A DNA stretch of 32,000 bases from Erysipelotrichaceae bacterium. GTDB taxonomy: Bacteria; Bacillota_I; Bacilli_A; Erysipelotrichales; Erysipelotrichaceae. The stretch lies in the NCBI GenBank assembly GCA_963663995.1, contig OY760660.1, forward strand, positions 1,230,001 through 1,262,000, in the 5' to 3' direction. How positions within the stretch are numbered: position 1 is the first letter of the stretch; each line of letters opens with the position of its first letter. Both the position numbers and the translations under genes were made by a program. The notes under the pieces were generated by a model, which did not search any database, was not told where the DNA came from, and saw only the letters and a list, made by a program, of their open reading frames with translations. This document shows, one piece after another, positions 1 through 10,630 of the stretch.

Positions 1-1455
1 TCCTGCAATTCGATCTAATGTTAAATAGTTTAGTCCAACATCTTTTAAGAAACTTAAGCGTTCATCCACTTCTTTACGCACTAAATGCGCAATCTCTTCT
101 TGCATCGGTTTAAGTTTTAAATTAGCCATATAATCTAAGGCTTGTTTAACTGACATGGCTGTCCATTCTGAGATATTTTTTTCGCCTACACGAACACTTA
201 GTGCCATCTCATTTAATCGTTTACCTGAACATGTTGGACATTCAGAATCTGTCATAAACGTTCCATACCATTCACGTGCTGCCGATGAGCTTGTTTCCAT
301 AAATCGACGTTCAATTAATGTTTTGACACCTTCTATATAGTCATTACGTGAGAAACGATTACCAGATCGTGTTTCAATGGTATATCTAATGGGTTCTTTT
401 GAACCATTTAACACGATATCTAATTGTTCTTTAGTGAACGTAGCAATTGGTTTATTTAAAGGAACATTATAAGACTCACAGAGTTTTTCAAAGTTTTGCC
501 ATTCAATGTTTTCAGAACCTTTAATATTCTTATAGTAGATAATCCCACCTTCCATAATCGATAGACTTCGATCAGGAATTAGATAATCAACATCAACCAT
601 TTGAATAATGCCTAAACCTTTACAAGTATTACAGGCCCCTAAAGGTGAGTTAAACGAGAATAATCGTGGTTGAAGATTGGGGACAGAAAAACCACACTTT
701 GGACAAGCATAGTTTGCTGAAAATAATATTTCTTCTTTAGGTGTAACCACTAAAGCTAAACCATCTGCGTTTTTAATCGCAATTTCTAATGAGTCATGTA
801 GACGTGAAGCACTATCGTCGCGCTTAACAATACGGTCAACAATCACATCGATATCGTGTTTCTTATTCTTATCTAATTCAATTTCATCTTCCAACTTCTT
901 TACATCGCCATTTACACGAACTCTCACAAATCCTTCTTTACGCATTCTTTCGAAGAAGTCTTTATGGGTTCCTTTTTGTTGACGAATCGTAGGTGCACAA
1001 ATCATTAATCGTGATTCATTTTCTTCACTCATCACGCGATCAACCATTTGTCTAATCGTTTGTGCATGAATTGGTTCATGATGATTAGGACAATAAGGTG
1101 TTCCTACACGGGCATACATTAAACGTAGATAATCATAGATTTCTGTAACGGTTCCTACCGTTGATCTTGGATTATTTGAAGTTGTTTTTTGATCAATTGA
1201 AATACTTGGGGATAAACCTTCAATCGCATCAACGTCTGGTTTTTCTGTATTTCCTAAAAATTGTCGTGCATACGCACTTAAAGACTCCACATAACGTCTT
1301 TGTCCTTCCGCATAAATCGTGTCGAACGCGAGTGAAGTTTTACCTGAGCCAGAAAGTCCCGTCATAATAACTAGCTGATCTCTAGGAATTTTAATATCAA
1401 TATTTTTGAGGTTGTTTTCACGAGCCCCTTTAATTTCTATAAACTCTTTTTGCAT
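1..1455 (-). CDS. uvrA: Excinuclease ABC subunit A (UvrA), N-terminal 485 codons; gene continues past the left edge
   Basis: Missing from the ORF track because it runs off the edge. Reverse-strand translation from ATG (1455..1453) gives MQKEFIEIKGARENNLKNIDIKIPRDQLVIMTGLSGSGKTSLAFDTIYAEGQRRYVESLSAYARQFLG... and stays open to position 1. Walker A GLSGSGKT; Zn-finger-like CPKC...CNTC and CPTCSGKR. Confidence 0.95.
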   Translation of the reverse strand, partial: MQKEFIEIKGARENNLKNIDIKIPRDQLVIMTGLSGSGKTSLAFDTIYAEGQRRYVESLSAYARQFLGNTEKPDVDAIEGLSPSISIDQKTTSNNPRSTVGTVTEIYDYLRLMYARVGTPYCPNHHEPIHAQTIRQMVDRVMSEENESRLMICAPTIRQQKGTHKDFFERMRKEGFVRVRVNGDVKKLEDEIELDKNKKHDIDVIVDRIVKRDDSASRLHDSLEIAIKNADGLALVVTPKEEILFSANYACPKCGFSVPNLQPRLFSFNSPLGACNTCKGLGIIQMVDVDYLIPDRSLSIMEGGIIYYKNIKGSENIEWQNFEKLCESYNVPLNKPIATFTKEQLDIVLNGSKEPIRYTIETRSGNRFSRNDYIEGVKTLIERRFMETSSSAAREWYGTFMTDSECPTCSGKRLNEMALSVRVGEKNISEWTAMSVKQALDYMANLKLKPMQEEIAHLVRKEVDERLSFLKDVGLNYLTLDRIAG

Positions 1456-1556
1456 CCATTTTATTATACACGAGTGTGCTTAAACTTTCTTATCACATAC
1501 CCTAAGTGATTGACTCAATGTCCCCTTTTTGGGATAATTAGCACTGGGAAAAATTT

Positions 1557-1952
1557 ATGAAAAAACTATTTGCACAAATCTTTAAATTTCTTATTGTTGG
1601 CGGCCTATCCTTTATCATTGATATGGTCCTTTATTTTATCTTTACGCGATACCTTAATATCGTTGAAATGTTAGCGACAATAATGTCCTTCTCAATCTCA
1701 TTAATCTTTAATTACATTATGAGCATGCGTTATGTTTTTGTTGGAAAAGATGATATGAAGAAACATCATGAGTTCATGATCTTTGTAACTTTCTCTGTGA
1801 TGGGAGCTGGATTAAACTGGGCTTTATTTTACTTAATGTTCTATGTACTTCTTATTCCAGATTTGATTACTAAAATCTTAGTGGCTGGAATTGTTATGGT
1901 CTTTAACTTTATTACCCGGAAAATATTCTTAGAAAAGAAAGAAAACGCTTAG
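1557..1952 (+). CDS. GtrA-family small membrane protein
   Basis: 131 aa with 4 predicted TM helices. N-terminal FLIVGGLSFIIDMVLYF and C-terminal FNFITRKIFLEK are typical of the GtrA-like family. Confidence 0.8.
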   Translation: MKKLFAQIFKFLIVGGLSFIIDMVLYFIFTRYLNIVEMLATIMSFSISLIFNYIMSMRYVFVGKDDMKKHHEFMIFVTFSVMGAGLNWALFYLMFYVLLIPDLITKILVAGIVMVFNFITRKIFLEKKENA

Positions 1953-1973
1953 GCAATTGCCCAAGCGTTTTTT
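1942..1973. terminator. Bidirectional intrinsic terminator between convergent genes
   Basis: aaaacgcttagg-caattg-cccaagcgtttt hairpin (one mismatch) with A-run/T-run flanks. It overlaps both stop codons (1950..1952 and 1972..1974). Confidence 0.6.
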
Positions 1974-3732
1974 AGTTTTGTCCGACTAAGACGATAATGT
2001 CATAATTTGCGTCATCACCGTTAATATAAATATTCTGGAAGATTACTCTTAACTTATAATCTCCTTCTTGTGTATCAAATATCATATCTTCAACATGCAT
2101 CATATCTCTATTTATATTTTCATCAAGCCATAAGTTTTCAACATAGGTATAGAGTGATTTACTTTCAACAACAGTCATCCCTTCACTATCCACTACATTA
2201 AGCACTGCATCTAGATTAATCACATGATCAATCTTTAATCGATAATCTTGACCTTTCATTTCAAAGTCATAACTTAAATCTTGAGCACTCATATTCCGAT
2301 AGATATTAACTCTAAGCAATACATCATAACCTTCAATTGGTAAGACCTCTTCATAGTCTAACCAAGCATTGAAAATATCTTCTTCAACCACACCATAGTT
2401 ATATGCCATTTCAAAACCAAAGGTATCTTTAAAATCTTTCCAAGTATCAAAATCACTTGGTAACCATGTGAGATCTTCTAGGTAGTTTCGACGATTCATG
2501 TATTCAATGATACTCGTCGTTTCTTTTCGTACTTCTAGTCCTACATCTTCACGCGCAACAAGTTGTCCATCGACTAATAGATTAGCTTCCTCTAAGATAT
2601 TTTCTAAACGCGATTTTTGCGACCAACGTGAAATACTAAAGGCATCAACAGGTGGAACAATCGAAACGAGTGAGATAATCATCGCAATTAATGCAATTTT
2701 CTGATTATTCACAACAGGTCTAAAACTTAAGTAAATACCCATTCCTAATGAATATAGGGCAAATAAAGTTAAGTAGTATCTTGACTCTGTAATGCCATAG
2801 GCATTTAATCGAATCGATATCGAGATCATTTGTGTAACAACAATTGGAATCCATACATATGGGAAAAAGCGTTGATAGCTTTTCGCAAATGCATTCTCTA
2901 AATTACTTGCGAGAACATAAACGACAATACCTGCAATCGAATAACCAAGTACCATTGGGCCAAGTTGACCAATCGGCCAAACAAAAGTCACAACAATCTT
3001 AATAATATAAGCAAAGAGAACTAAGCTATAAATTCCAACTAAAGGAATCGCAATATAAGAAATAAGAATTAATAAAATTTTTGGAAAATCTGTGACTTCT
3101 AATCGATGTGCAATAGCTTTCTCATCACTACTATTAAAATCAGGTAGTAAAGATAAGAAGTACATGACCATAAAGAATAACCAAACAAGCACTGCTGTAT
3201 AGCCATAAACTTTCGAATCGATATTAAAGAGTAAGAGATCAATACTTGCGATGGTTGCCATTAAGCCTAAGAATAAAACTAAGGCGTAAAGAACTGATGT
3301 AAACATCGCTTTAAAAGCAGTTAAGGAAACTAAGTTAAATTCAAAAGCTCTTTTATAAGATGGAACATATAAAGCTAAGCAGATCAGCGCAAAAATTGTA
3401 ACCGTTGTTCGTGTCCCGACTAAATAGTCAATTTCTGGGGATGGCCAAATGATTAAACTATAAAGAACAATTAATCCAAAGGTCGCGCTATAGGCGAGCA
3501 ATTTAAACTTTTGACGTCGATCAAATCTCTCAATGATAAACTCAACACTTACTCCAGATACAATCGCGACCGCTAAGATAAAAACAATCTTCATCATTGT
3601 CGATGTTGGATCTGTATCTTGGGCGATTAAATACCAAAGTAATATCGTCTCTGCACTTAGCGATAAAACGGCAAGTGGGAAACGTTTAAAGGCTTCTATT
3701 AATCCATGAAAGGATTTCAAAAGGAATTTCAT
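1972..3732 (-). CDS. Polytopic membrane protein with a C-terminal ~200-aa soluble domain (possibly DUF4153-like)
   Basis: 586-aa ORF with about 10 hydrophobic segments in the first ~370 aa. GAGGAGG RBS and TATAAT upstream. The family name comes from memory of similar N-termini and is not verified. Confidence 0.6.
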   Translation of the reverse strand: MKFLLKSFHGLIEAFKRFPLAVLSLSAETILLWYLIAQDTDPTSTMMKIVFILAVAIVSGVSVEFIIERFDRRQKFKLLAYSATFGLIVLYSLIIWPSPEIDYLVGTRTTVTIFALICLALYVPSYKRAFEFNLVSLTAFKAMFTSVLYALVLFLGLMATIASIDLLLFNIDSKVYGYTAVLVWLFFMVMYFLSLLPDFNSSDEKAIAHRLEVTDFPKILLILISYIAIPLVGIYSLVLFAYIIKIVVTFVWPIGQLGPMVLGYSIAGIVVYVLASNLENAFAKSYQRFFPYVWIPIVVTQMISISIRLNAYGITESRYYLTLFALYSLGMGIYLSFRPVVNNQKIALIAMIISLVSIVPPVDAFSISRWSQKSRLENILEEANLLVDGQLVAREDVGLEVRKETTSIIEYMNRRNYLEDLTWLPSDFDTWKDFKDTFGFEMAYNYGVVEEDIFNAWLDYEEVLPIEGYDVLLRVNIYRNMSAQDLSYDFEMKGQDYRLKIDHVINLDAVLNVVDSEGMTVVESKSLYTYVENLWLDENINRDMMHVEDMIFDTQEGDYKLRVIFQNIYINGDDANYDIIVLVGQN

Positions 3733-3809
3733 ATCAATACCTCCTCTTACCCTTATTATAATCTTTTTTTATTGTTTAACAATAACTATTTATCGTTTTT
3801 CGATAATTT

Positions 3810-4670
3810 TTAGAATAGTTTCATCTGTTTTTTATCTTCAAAGGTACTAAGATACTTAAAAATCTGATCGGGATCATTCATTATTTGATTTTGATCAGTA
3901 AATTCTTCAAATATTTTCATTAATTCTTTGTCTTTTGGAGATGGGCAATAATAGGCATTCCCAAATTCTTTAATATATTTTTCTTTTAAAGATGGAAACA
4001 ACTTATCAAGTTGTTCATAGAAATATTCACGATCACCATCTCTTAAAGTAAGCCCAAACCCAAAACAAATAATGCCTTGTACTTTGGCTTCTTTACATGC
4101 TTCTAAAATAGACAATAAGTTTTCTTTTGTATCGTTAATAAAAGGCAGAATCGGACTTAACCAAACAACGGTCGGAATTTGATGATCTCTAAAAACATTT
4201 AAAGCTTCAATCCGCTCTTTTGTACTTGAGACATGTGGTTCAATTTTCTTACATAAATCTTCATCAAAGGTTGTTAAGGTCATTTGAATAACTGCCTTTG
4301 TTTTCTCATTGATTCTTTTATACAAATCTAAATCTTCACAAACCCTCGCAGATTTAGTGATAATTGTTGCGCCAAATCCATATTTATCAATAAGTTCTAA
4401 GGACTTTCGCGTAAGCATAAATTGTTTATCTAAAGGCATATAAGGATCTGTCATAGAGCCAGTCGCAATCATGCATTTATTTCTTTTGCCTTTTAAACTT
4501 TGTTCTAGTATTTCAATCGCATTAATTTTGACTTCAATATCTTCAAAATCGTGATCCATCTGATAACACGTGCTTCTTGAGTCACAGTAAATACAACCGT
4601 GTGTGCAACCACGATATAGATTCATGCCATTCTTCGCTGAGAGGATACCTTTTACTTCTTTTGTGTGCAT
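3810..4670 (-). CDS. Radical SAM protein, SPL-family / COG1533 DNA-repair-photolyase-like
   Basis: CTHGCIYC (CxxxCxxC) at residues 22-29. The 286-aa size and architecture fit the SplB-related radical SAM group. Lies between uvrB and uvrA. Confidence 0.8.
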   Translation of the reverse strand: MHTKEVKGILSAKNGMNLYRGCTHGCIYCDSRSTCYQMDHDFEDIEVKINAIEILEQSLKGKRNKCMIATGSMTDPYMPLDKQFMLTRKSLELIDKYGFGATIITKSARVCEDLDLYKRINEKTKAVIQMTLTTFDEDLCKKIEPHVSSTKERIEALNVFRDHQIPTVVWLSPILPFINDTKENLLSILEACKEAKVQGIICFGFGLTLRDGDREYFYEQLDKLFPSLKEKYIKEFGNAYYCPSPKDKELMKIFEEFTDQNQIMNDPDQIFKYLSTFEDKKQMKLF

Positions 4671-4685
4671 ATTACTATTGTATCT

Positions 4686-4706
4686 AAAAAAGAGGCAAAG
4701 CCTCTT
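4686..4706 (-). terminator. Intrinsic terminator after the uvrB-small ORF unit
   Basis: aagaggc-aaa-gcctctt hairpin (4690..4706) followed on the minus strand by TTTTT (4686..4690). Confidence 0.65.
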
Positions 4707-4711
4707 AAAAA

Positions 4712-4882
4712 TTATTTAATGGGAATAATATAATCTAAAATTAAATCTTTTCCATTTTGAATAGATTCGACAAAATCTTGAGTATAAAGTTCAGCCATGA
4801 AATCTAAAGACTCATCAATACTGTAACCGACACATAAGCATGCATCAAAGTTAATTACTTCAGTCTTCAATAATTTTGTCAT
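4712..4882 (-). CDS. Hypothetical small acidic protein (56 aa)
   Basis: Below the ORF-track size cut-off. Translates as MTKLLKTEVINFDACLCVGYSIDESLDFMAELYTQDFVESIQNGKDLILDYIIPIK*. The ATG lies 2 nt after the uvrB stop, GAAGG lies ~10 nt upstream, and a terminator follows directly. Confidence 0.45.
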   Translation of the reverse strand: MTKLLKTEVINFDACLCVGYSIDESLDFMAELYTQDFVESIQNGKDLILDYIIPIK

Positions 4883-4884
4883 TT

Positions 4885-6855
4885 CTAAGTCGCCTTCAAT
4901 TCTAAAATTACATCTCTAAGTTCAGCTGCTCTTTCAAAGTCTAGAACACGAGCAGCTTCTTTCATTTCTCTTTCGAGTGAAATGATTAATTCTTCTCTTT
5001 CTTTCTTATCCACTTTTTGATGTTTAGAAAGATATTTCTTAGCCATTGCTTGTGTTTCTTTTCCACGGATAACATCGTGAATTTCTTTGCGAATGGTTGT
5101 TGGGGTAATCCCATGTTCACTGTTATAAGCTTGTTGTATTTCACGACGACGTTCAGTTTCACTCATCGCTTTTTCCATAGAATTCGTGATCCGATCAGCA
5201 TAGAGAATAACTTGTCCATTTGAGTTACGGGCAGCGCGACCAATCGTTTGAATTAAACTTCTCTCTGATCTTAAGAAACCTTCTTTATCGGCGTCTAAAA
5301 TACAGACCAAAGATACTTCTGGTAAATCTAAACCTTCTCTAAGTAAGTTGATTCCTACTAATACATCATATTTACCTTTACGTAAATCATGGAGAATTTC
5401 AATTCGTTCTAGGGTATGTGTCTCATGGTGTAACCATGCTACTTTTATATCTAGGCGTTTTAAATAAGCTGTTAATTCTTCAGCCATTTTAACGGTTAAG
5501 GTTGTGATTAGAACACGCTCATCTCTTTCCTTGCGAATATTGATTTCATTAATGATGTCATCAATTTGTCCATGTGAAGGACGAACGGATAAAACTGGAT
5601 CTATTAAGCCTGTTGGACGAATGATTTGTTGAACCACTTCATGGTTAACTTTATCTAATTCATAATCACCTGGGGTTGCAGAAACATATATAACTTGATT
5701 AACCACCGTTTCAAATTCTTCAAAACGCATCGGTCTGTTCTCTAGTGCTGAAGGAAGTCTAAAACCATATTCAACTAAGGTTGTTTTACGAGCTCGATCA
5801 CCGTTATACATCCCTCTCACTTGTGGTACTGAAACGTGTGATTCATCAATGATGAATAAAAAATCATCTGGGAAGTAATCAAAAAGATTGTAAGGTCTTT
5901 GACCACTTTTTCTACCATCAATGTGCATTGAATAGTTTTCAATCCCAGAGCACATCCCAAATTCCCGAAGTGCTTCAAGGTCATAACGCGTCCGTTGTTC
6001 TAAGCGTTGTGCTTCTAATAATTTATTTTCTGCGTTTAATTCTTTTAAGCGATCTTCTAGTTCATGTTCAATCTTATTACAGGCAATAGCCATTTGTTCT
6101 TTCGAACGAGAGTATTCATTGGCAGGGAAAATATTATAGACCGAATAGGCATGTAAAATTTGACCACTCACACGATCAACTTCTGTGATTCTTTCTATCT
6201 CATCATCATACATTTCAATTCTCAAATTAAATTGATCTGTATAGCCTAATGAGATTTCAATAACATCACCAGTGACTCTAAATGTACCCCGTTTCATTTC
6301 AATATCATTACGACCATATTGACGTTCAACGAGTTTCATCAGTAATTCTTTGCGATCAATGATTTCACCTTGTCGTATGGTAAAGAATAATTCACGGTAA
6401 AGTTCAGGATCAGATGATGCATAAATACAGGCGACAGAAGCAACAATAATCGTATCTCGTCGTTCTAAGACAGCGTTTAAACTTGCCATTCTTAACATAT
6501 CTAATTCTTCATTAATCATCGAAGTTTTTTCGATATAGGTATCACTTTTAGGAAGATAAGCTTCGGGTTGATAATAATCAAAATTCGAGACAAAATATTC
6601 CACCCGATTGTTTGGAAAAAGTTCTTTGAACTCACTATAGAGTTGTCCCGCTAATGTTTTATTATGCACAAAAACAAGCGTTGGTCGATTCATTTGAGCA
6701 ATCACATGAGAAACCGTAAAGGTTTTACCAGTCCCGGTTGCACCTAAAAGAACTTGATGTCTCTTTTTAGCTTTTAACCCTTCAACCAATTCTTCAATGG
6801 CAGCTGGTTGATCCCCCATAGGTACATAAGGTGATACCAGTTCAAATTTATCCAT
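4885..6855 (-). CDS. uvrB: Excinuclease ABC subunit B (UvrB)
   Basis: 656 aa. Walker A GATGTGKT, helicase motifs and a C-terminal UVR domain (ERAAELRD) are colinear with UvrB. Confidence 0.98.
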   Translation of the reverse strand: MDKFELVSPYVPMGDQPAAIEELVEGLKAKKRHQVLLGATGTGKTFTVSHVIAQMNRPTLVFVHNKTLAGQLYSEFKELFPNNRVEYFVSNFDYYQPEAYLPKSDTYIEKTSMINEELDMLRMASLNAVLERRDTIIVASVACIYASSDPELYRELFFTIRQGEIIDRKELLMKLVERQYGRNDIEMKRGTFRVTGDVIEISLGYTDQFNLRIEMYDDEIERITEVDRVSGQILHAYSVYNIFPANEYSRSKEQMAIACNKIEHELEDRLKELNAENKLLEAQRLEQRTRYDLEALREFGMCSGIENYSMHIDGRKSGQRPYNLFDYFPDDFLFIIDESHVSVPQVRGMYNGDRARKTTLVEYGFRLPSALENRPMRFEEFETVVNQVIYVSATPGDYELDKVNHEVVQQIIRPTGLIDPVLSVRPSHGQIDDIINEINIRKERDERVLITTLTVKMAEELTAYLKRLDIKVAWLHHETHTLERIEILHDLRKGKYDVLVGINLLREGLDLPEVSLVCILDADKEGFLRSERSLIQTIGRAARNSNGQVILYADRITNSMEKAMSETERRREIQQAYNSEHGITPTTIRKEIHDVIRGKETQAMAKKYLSKHQKVDKKEREELIISLEREMKEAARVLDFERAAELRDVILELKAT

Positions 6856-8347
6856 TTAGTATTTTTAAACCTTCGATTTTTTGTGTATCCTTTGTATCAT
6901 TTTCAGTATGCCATACGCGGACTACTTCTGAGATCAGTTGACTGAGTAATTCTTTATCAATAAGACCTGTTTGATTTAAGCCCATGTCTTCTTGGAAAGC
7001 TAAGATTGCGTAACGTGTACTTTCATCAAAATAACCATCTAGACGATCTAAGTCATAGCCTAAGAAATCTAAAGAGAGTTGAGCATCTTCAACGCTTGTA
7101 TGGACGCTATCAAAAGCAATAGTTTCGCTCTCTTCTAAAGCAGTAAACTGACGTTTCATGACCGGATGTTGTTCAATTATGATGTCAGGAGTAATACCGA
7201 CACCATTGATGTGGTTTCCATTAGGAGTTAACCATTCTGCCACTGTATATTTTAAAGCAGAACCATCTGAGAACGGATATTGTTGTTGAACGGTTCCTTT
7301 ACCATAAGTCGTTACACCAACAACAGTTGCTTCTCTATTTTCTTGAATAGCAGCGGTAAAGACTTCGGCTGCAGATGCCGTATTTTCATTAACCAAAATG
7401 ACGATATGATCAAAGTCAATAATCATATGTCCTTCAGATTTTGAAGTTATTACTTGTCCATCACGTGTATTTTGTTGAATAAGCACTTCACCTTCTGGAA
7501 GGAACAAAGATCCCATATCTTCTAAAGAGGTTAAATAACCACCGCCATTATCACGTAAATCAATCAAGATATTAGTTGCCCCTGCAGCTTTAAATACTTC
7601 TAAGTACTGTGAAACTTCAAGTGCTGTTGTTGTGCCAAATTGATAGATTTCTAAGAAGGCGGTATCTTTATCAAGCATTTGTCCAAATGAAGTATTATTG
7701 ATTGGTCCACGGGTTATATCGAAATTAACTACTTCATCACCACGGATAAACTCAATATTTACAATCGTTCCTTCAACGCCTCGAACCATTTCAACAAGCG
7801 CGTCTGAGTCAATAGTGTGCACATCGATTCCATCTACTTTAGAGATAATGTCACCTGACATGACCCCAGCATTTTCAGCTGGTGAATCGATAAATACATT
7901 TTCTACGATATAGGTTCCATTAGAATCAAAGTAAGAGACTCCAATTCCCACAAAGCCACGATCAATCGATTGAGTGAAATATTGAACTTCTTCACTACTC
8001 ATGTATTGTGTATGAATATCACCTGTACTATCTACCATACCAGTAATAGCTTCATTAATTAATTGTTGGTCAAGATCATTCATATCTTTACCAAAATACC
8101 AATCTTCAACCAAGAGTTCATAAACCGCTTTTAGACGGGTAAATTGATCTTCAGTTTGAACCACTTGTACTTTTGGTTCTACCAAAAGTGCATGGCTAAA
8201 GAAACCAAAGTTAAAGAAAAGAACTAAGGCTAAACCACTTAGGATATGTCGTCTTTGTCTTTTTTTTCTTGCTTCTTTTTCATCTGGCCATTCATATCTT
8301 TCGAGTGGCACACGTACTTTATTTTTTGTCATATTTCTAACCTTCAT
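6848..8347 (-). CDS. S41-family C-terminal processing peptidase (CtpA/CtpB-like) with PDZ and C-terminal peptidoglycan-binding domain
   Basis: Motifs: [11 protein letters not shown] (catalytic Ser), TYGKGTVQ (Lys), [18 protein letters not shown]_binding-like [17 protein letters not shown]. An alternative start at 8332 (MTKNK) lies 4 nt after the upstream stop. Confidence 0.9.
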   Translation of the reverse strand: MKVRNMTKNKVRVPLERYEWPDEKEARKKRQRRHILSGLALVLFFNFGFFSHALLVEPKVQVVQTEDQFTRLKAVYELLVEDWYFGKDMNDLDQQLINEAITGMVDSTGDIHTQYMSSEEVQYFTQSIDRGFVGIGVSYFDSNGTYIVENVFIDSPAENAGVMSGDIISKVDGIDVHTIDSDALVEMVRGVEGTIVNIEFIRGDEVVNFDITRGPINNTSFGQMLDKDTAFLEIYQFGTTTALEVSQYLEVFKAAGATNILIDLRDNGGGYLTSLEDMGSLFLPEGEVLIQQNTRDGQVITSKSEGHMIIDFDHIVILVNENTASAAEVFTAAIQENREATVVGVTTYGKGTVQQQYPFSDGSALKYTVAEWLTPNGNHINGVGITPDIIIEQHPVMKRQFTALEESETIAFDSVHTSVEDAQLSLDFLGYDLDRLDGYFDESTRYAILAFQEDMGLNQTGLIDKELLSQLISEVVRVWHTENDTKDTQKIEGLKILNG

Positions 8348-9740
8348 ACCAAGAATAAACTTTTACATTAAATATATCCAATGGATTCTCACGACATGGT
8401 GTAACCCAGTCATTCAATTCACAGCGATAACTTAGACCGGTGTTCCCCCAATGACTTCCAAAGGATAAGTCTCCATTCCAATTGTTAGCGTAATAAGAGA
8501 CAGAGTTTGTTCCTAAATAGTGTACTTCAATATGTAGATGAGGGCCAGTCGAAGACCCAGAAGACCCTACAGCTCCAATTTTTTGTCCTTGTGATACAAC
8601 TGTTCCACTACTTATTACTGTATCTTTTTCTAAATGCATATATGTAATCGCATAAGATTTATTATTAACAGACACAATTAAATATGCTTGGTTTCCACCA
8701 CGGTTAATTCCCGGATATCCACAGTTACTTCCATAGTAACCATAGGTTGGACAGGCATTCGCTGTGTAGACAACCACTCCATTCCCAACGGCCACTAAAG
8801 GTGTTCCAACAGGTGCACCTAAATCAATCGCTAAATGGGTTGCCCCAGACATATATGACCATGCCCCCGCAGTCACTCTAAAGCTACCATCGATCGGGTA
8901 AATCCAGCCTGCAGAAGGTAAGATATTATCTAAGGCATCGGCAATTGATGCTAATTGATCACGAATGCTATTTAAGTTAGCAGCCATGTATTCTTCTTTA
9001 GCCATTAACTCAGCTTCTTGAAGTCGATATTCTGCAAGAATTTCTTCTATCGCAGCTTGTAGCCCAATTTGTGTTTGTTTATTTTTTTCTAAATTATTTT
9101 TATTTTCTTCTAATGCTGCAACTTGTCTTTCAAGTTCCGCTTTATCGGCATTAAATGCTTCAACTTCGAGTGTTAAATTATCGATATTTTCTCTATCTGC
9201 TTTCGTAATTTCATTGATACCCTCAATTCGACGAACTAAGTCAATAAAATCACTGGCACCCATAATGAAATCAATATAAGAGTTTAAACTTAGAAAAGAT
9301 TGCATCGCAATCATGCGTTCTTGGATAAATTGGTCAATTTCATCAATTCTATCTTCACGAATCGCAATGTCATTTTCTAAAATAACAATGCTATTTTCAG
9401 ATTGCGAGATGGATTTTTCGATATTCACAATATCAGCACTTAAATCATCAATCTTATCTTGATAAGCTGTTACTTGTTTGGCATATTCTAAAATATTGGC
9501 TTTGATATCTTTTAAATCTTGTCTTAAATCTTCCAGTTCACTAGCAGCATTTAGTGCTTTATCATTTACATAATCTTGATAAGCATTACAGGTATCAGAA
9601 TAGTTACTGGCATCAGCTGATGAGCATAAATTAGAATAATAAGCTTCATTTGCAGAGAAATCTATATTACTTGCGCTAACAGGAATAATCAAAGCCAATA
9701 CAAGCATGATATTGATGAATAAAATCAATGACTTTTTCAT
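8337..9740 (-). CDS. M23-family peptidoglycan metalloendopeptidase with long N-terminal coiled coil (EnvC/PcsB-like FtsEX partner)
   Basis: Signal peptide, ~250 aa of heptad-rich sequence, then HLAIDL (HxxxD) and GPHLHIEVH (HxH). ATGA overlap with the ftsX stop. Confidence 0.9.
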   Translation of the reverse strand: MKKSLILFINIMLVLALIIPVSASNIDFSANEAYYSNLCSSADASNYSDTCNAYQDYVNDKALNAASELEDLRQDLKDIKANILEYAKQVTAYQDKIDDLSADIVNIEKSISQSENSIVILENDIAIREDRIDEIDQFIQERMIAMQSFLSLNSYIDFIMGASDFIDLVRRIEGINEITKADRENIDNLTLEVEAFNADKAELERQVAALEENKNNLEKNKQTQIGLQAAIEEILAEYRLQEAELMAKEEYMAANLNSIRDQLASIADALDNILPSAGWIYPIDGSFRVTAGAWSYMSGATHLAIDLGAPVGTPLVAVGNGVVVYTANACPTYGYYGSNCGYPGINRGGNQAYLIVSVNNKSYAITYMHLEKDTVISSGTVVSQGQKIGAVGSSGSSTGPHLHIEVHYLGTNSVSYYANNWNGDLSFGSHWGNTGLSYRCELNDWVTPCRENPLDIFNVKVYSWYEG

Positions 9741-10630
9741 CGTACACTCCGTAAGTATCGAGTTACAGAAATAAAACTACCAAATAAACCAATGACGACT
9801 CCTAACATTACAAGTAGATAAGAGAGTTGTAAAACAAAGGGGAAAACATCTCTGAGTTTAAAGAGTTCCGCAAATAATACTCCCCCCAACACTTCATACA
9901 TTCTTTGATATCCCCAAATGGTTAAACCAATCGGAATAAAGGATCCAAACAAACCAATAAAGATTCCTTCAAACAGAAAGGGAGCTCTGATAAAGTTATT
10001 CGTTGCGCCAATGGTACGCATAATTTGAATTTCATGAGAACGATTTTGAATCGTAATTTTTATCGTATTTACAATCAGAATTAAAGCTAATAAACCTAAA
10101 GCTGCGACTAATATAAAACCACCATCTCTTACATTATGGAGTAAATCAACAAGTTGTATGGTTGAATTACCCCCATAGTTTGCTTTAAGGACACCTGTCA
10201 TATTCGCAATACTTAAGGTAGTGGATTCAATTTGTAGATTGTCACTTAGTTCAACAATTAAAGCATTCTTTAGAGGATTATTTTCTCCACGATACATTTC
10301 GAAAATAACACCATCTTCTCCATATGATTCAATAAACTTATCTAATTCAATATCTTTGCTTGAAAACTCCACGCTGATAACAGCAGGTAATTGTTTAATT
10401 TGATTCTCAATGGAAGAAGGATCTTCAACACTATCTTCTAACTGTACATGGATTTGGATTTTATCTTCAACCGTCGTCGTGATTTCTTGTATGTTAACAC
10501 TTAACATCATAAAAAGTGAGACAAGTAATAAAGTCACACTCACCGCAACCATTGATGAAAAAGACATGGAAAAATGGCGTACAAAACCATGGAAGGCTTC
10601 TTTAATCGGCCGTATCAGATAATTCAACAC
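9737..10630 (-). CDS. ftsX: Cell-division permease-like protein FtsX
   Basis: 297 aa with TM1, a large extracytoplasmic loop and 3 C-terminal TMs. Sits directly downstream of ftsE. Confidence 0.9.
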   Translation of the reverse strand: MLNYLIRPIKEAFHGFVRHFSMSFSSMVAVSVTLLLVSLFMMLSVNIQEITTTVEDKIQIHVQLEDSVEDPSSIENQIKQLPAVISVEFSSKDIELDKFIESYGEDGVIFEMYRGENNPLKNALIVELSDNLQIESTTLSIANMTGVLKANYGGNSTIQLVDLLHNVRDGGFILVAALGLLALILIVNTIKITIQNRSHEIQIMRTIGATNNFIRAPFLFEGIFIGLFGSFIPIGLTIWGYQRMYEVLGGVLFAELFKLRDVFPFVLQLSYLLVMLGVVIGLFGSFISVTRYLRSVR

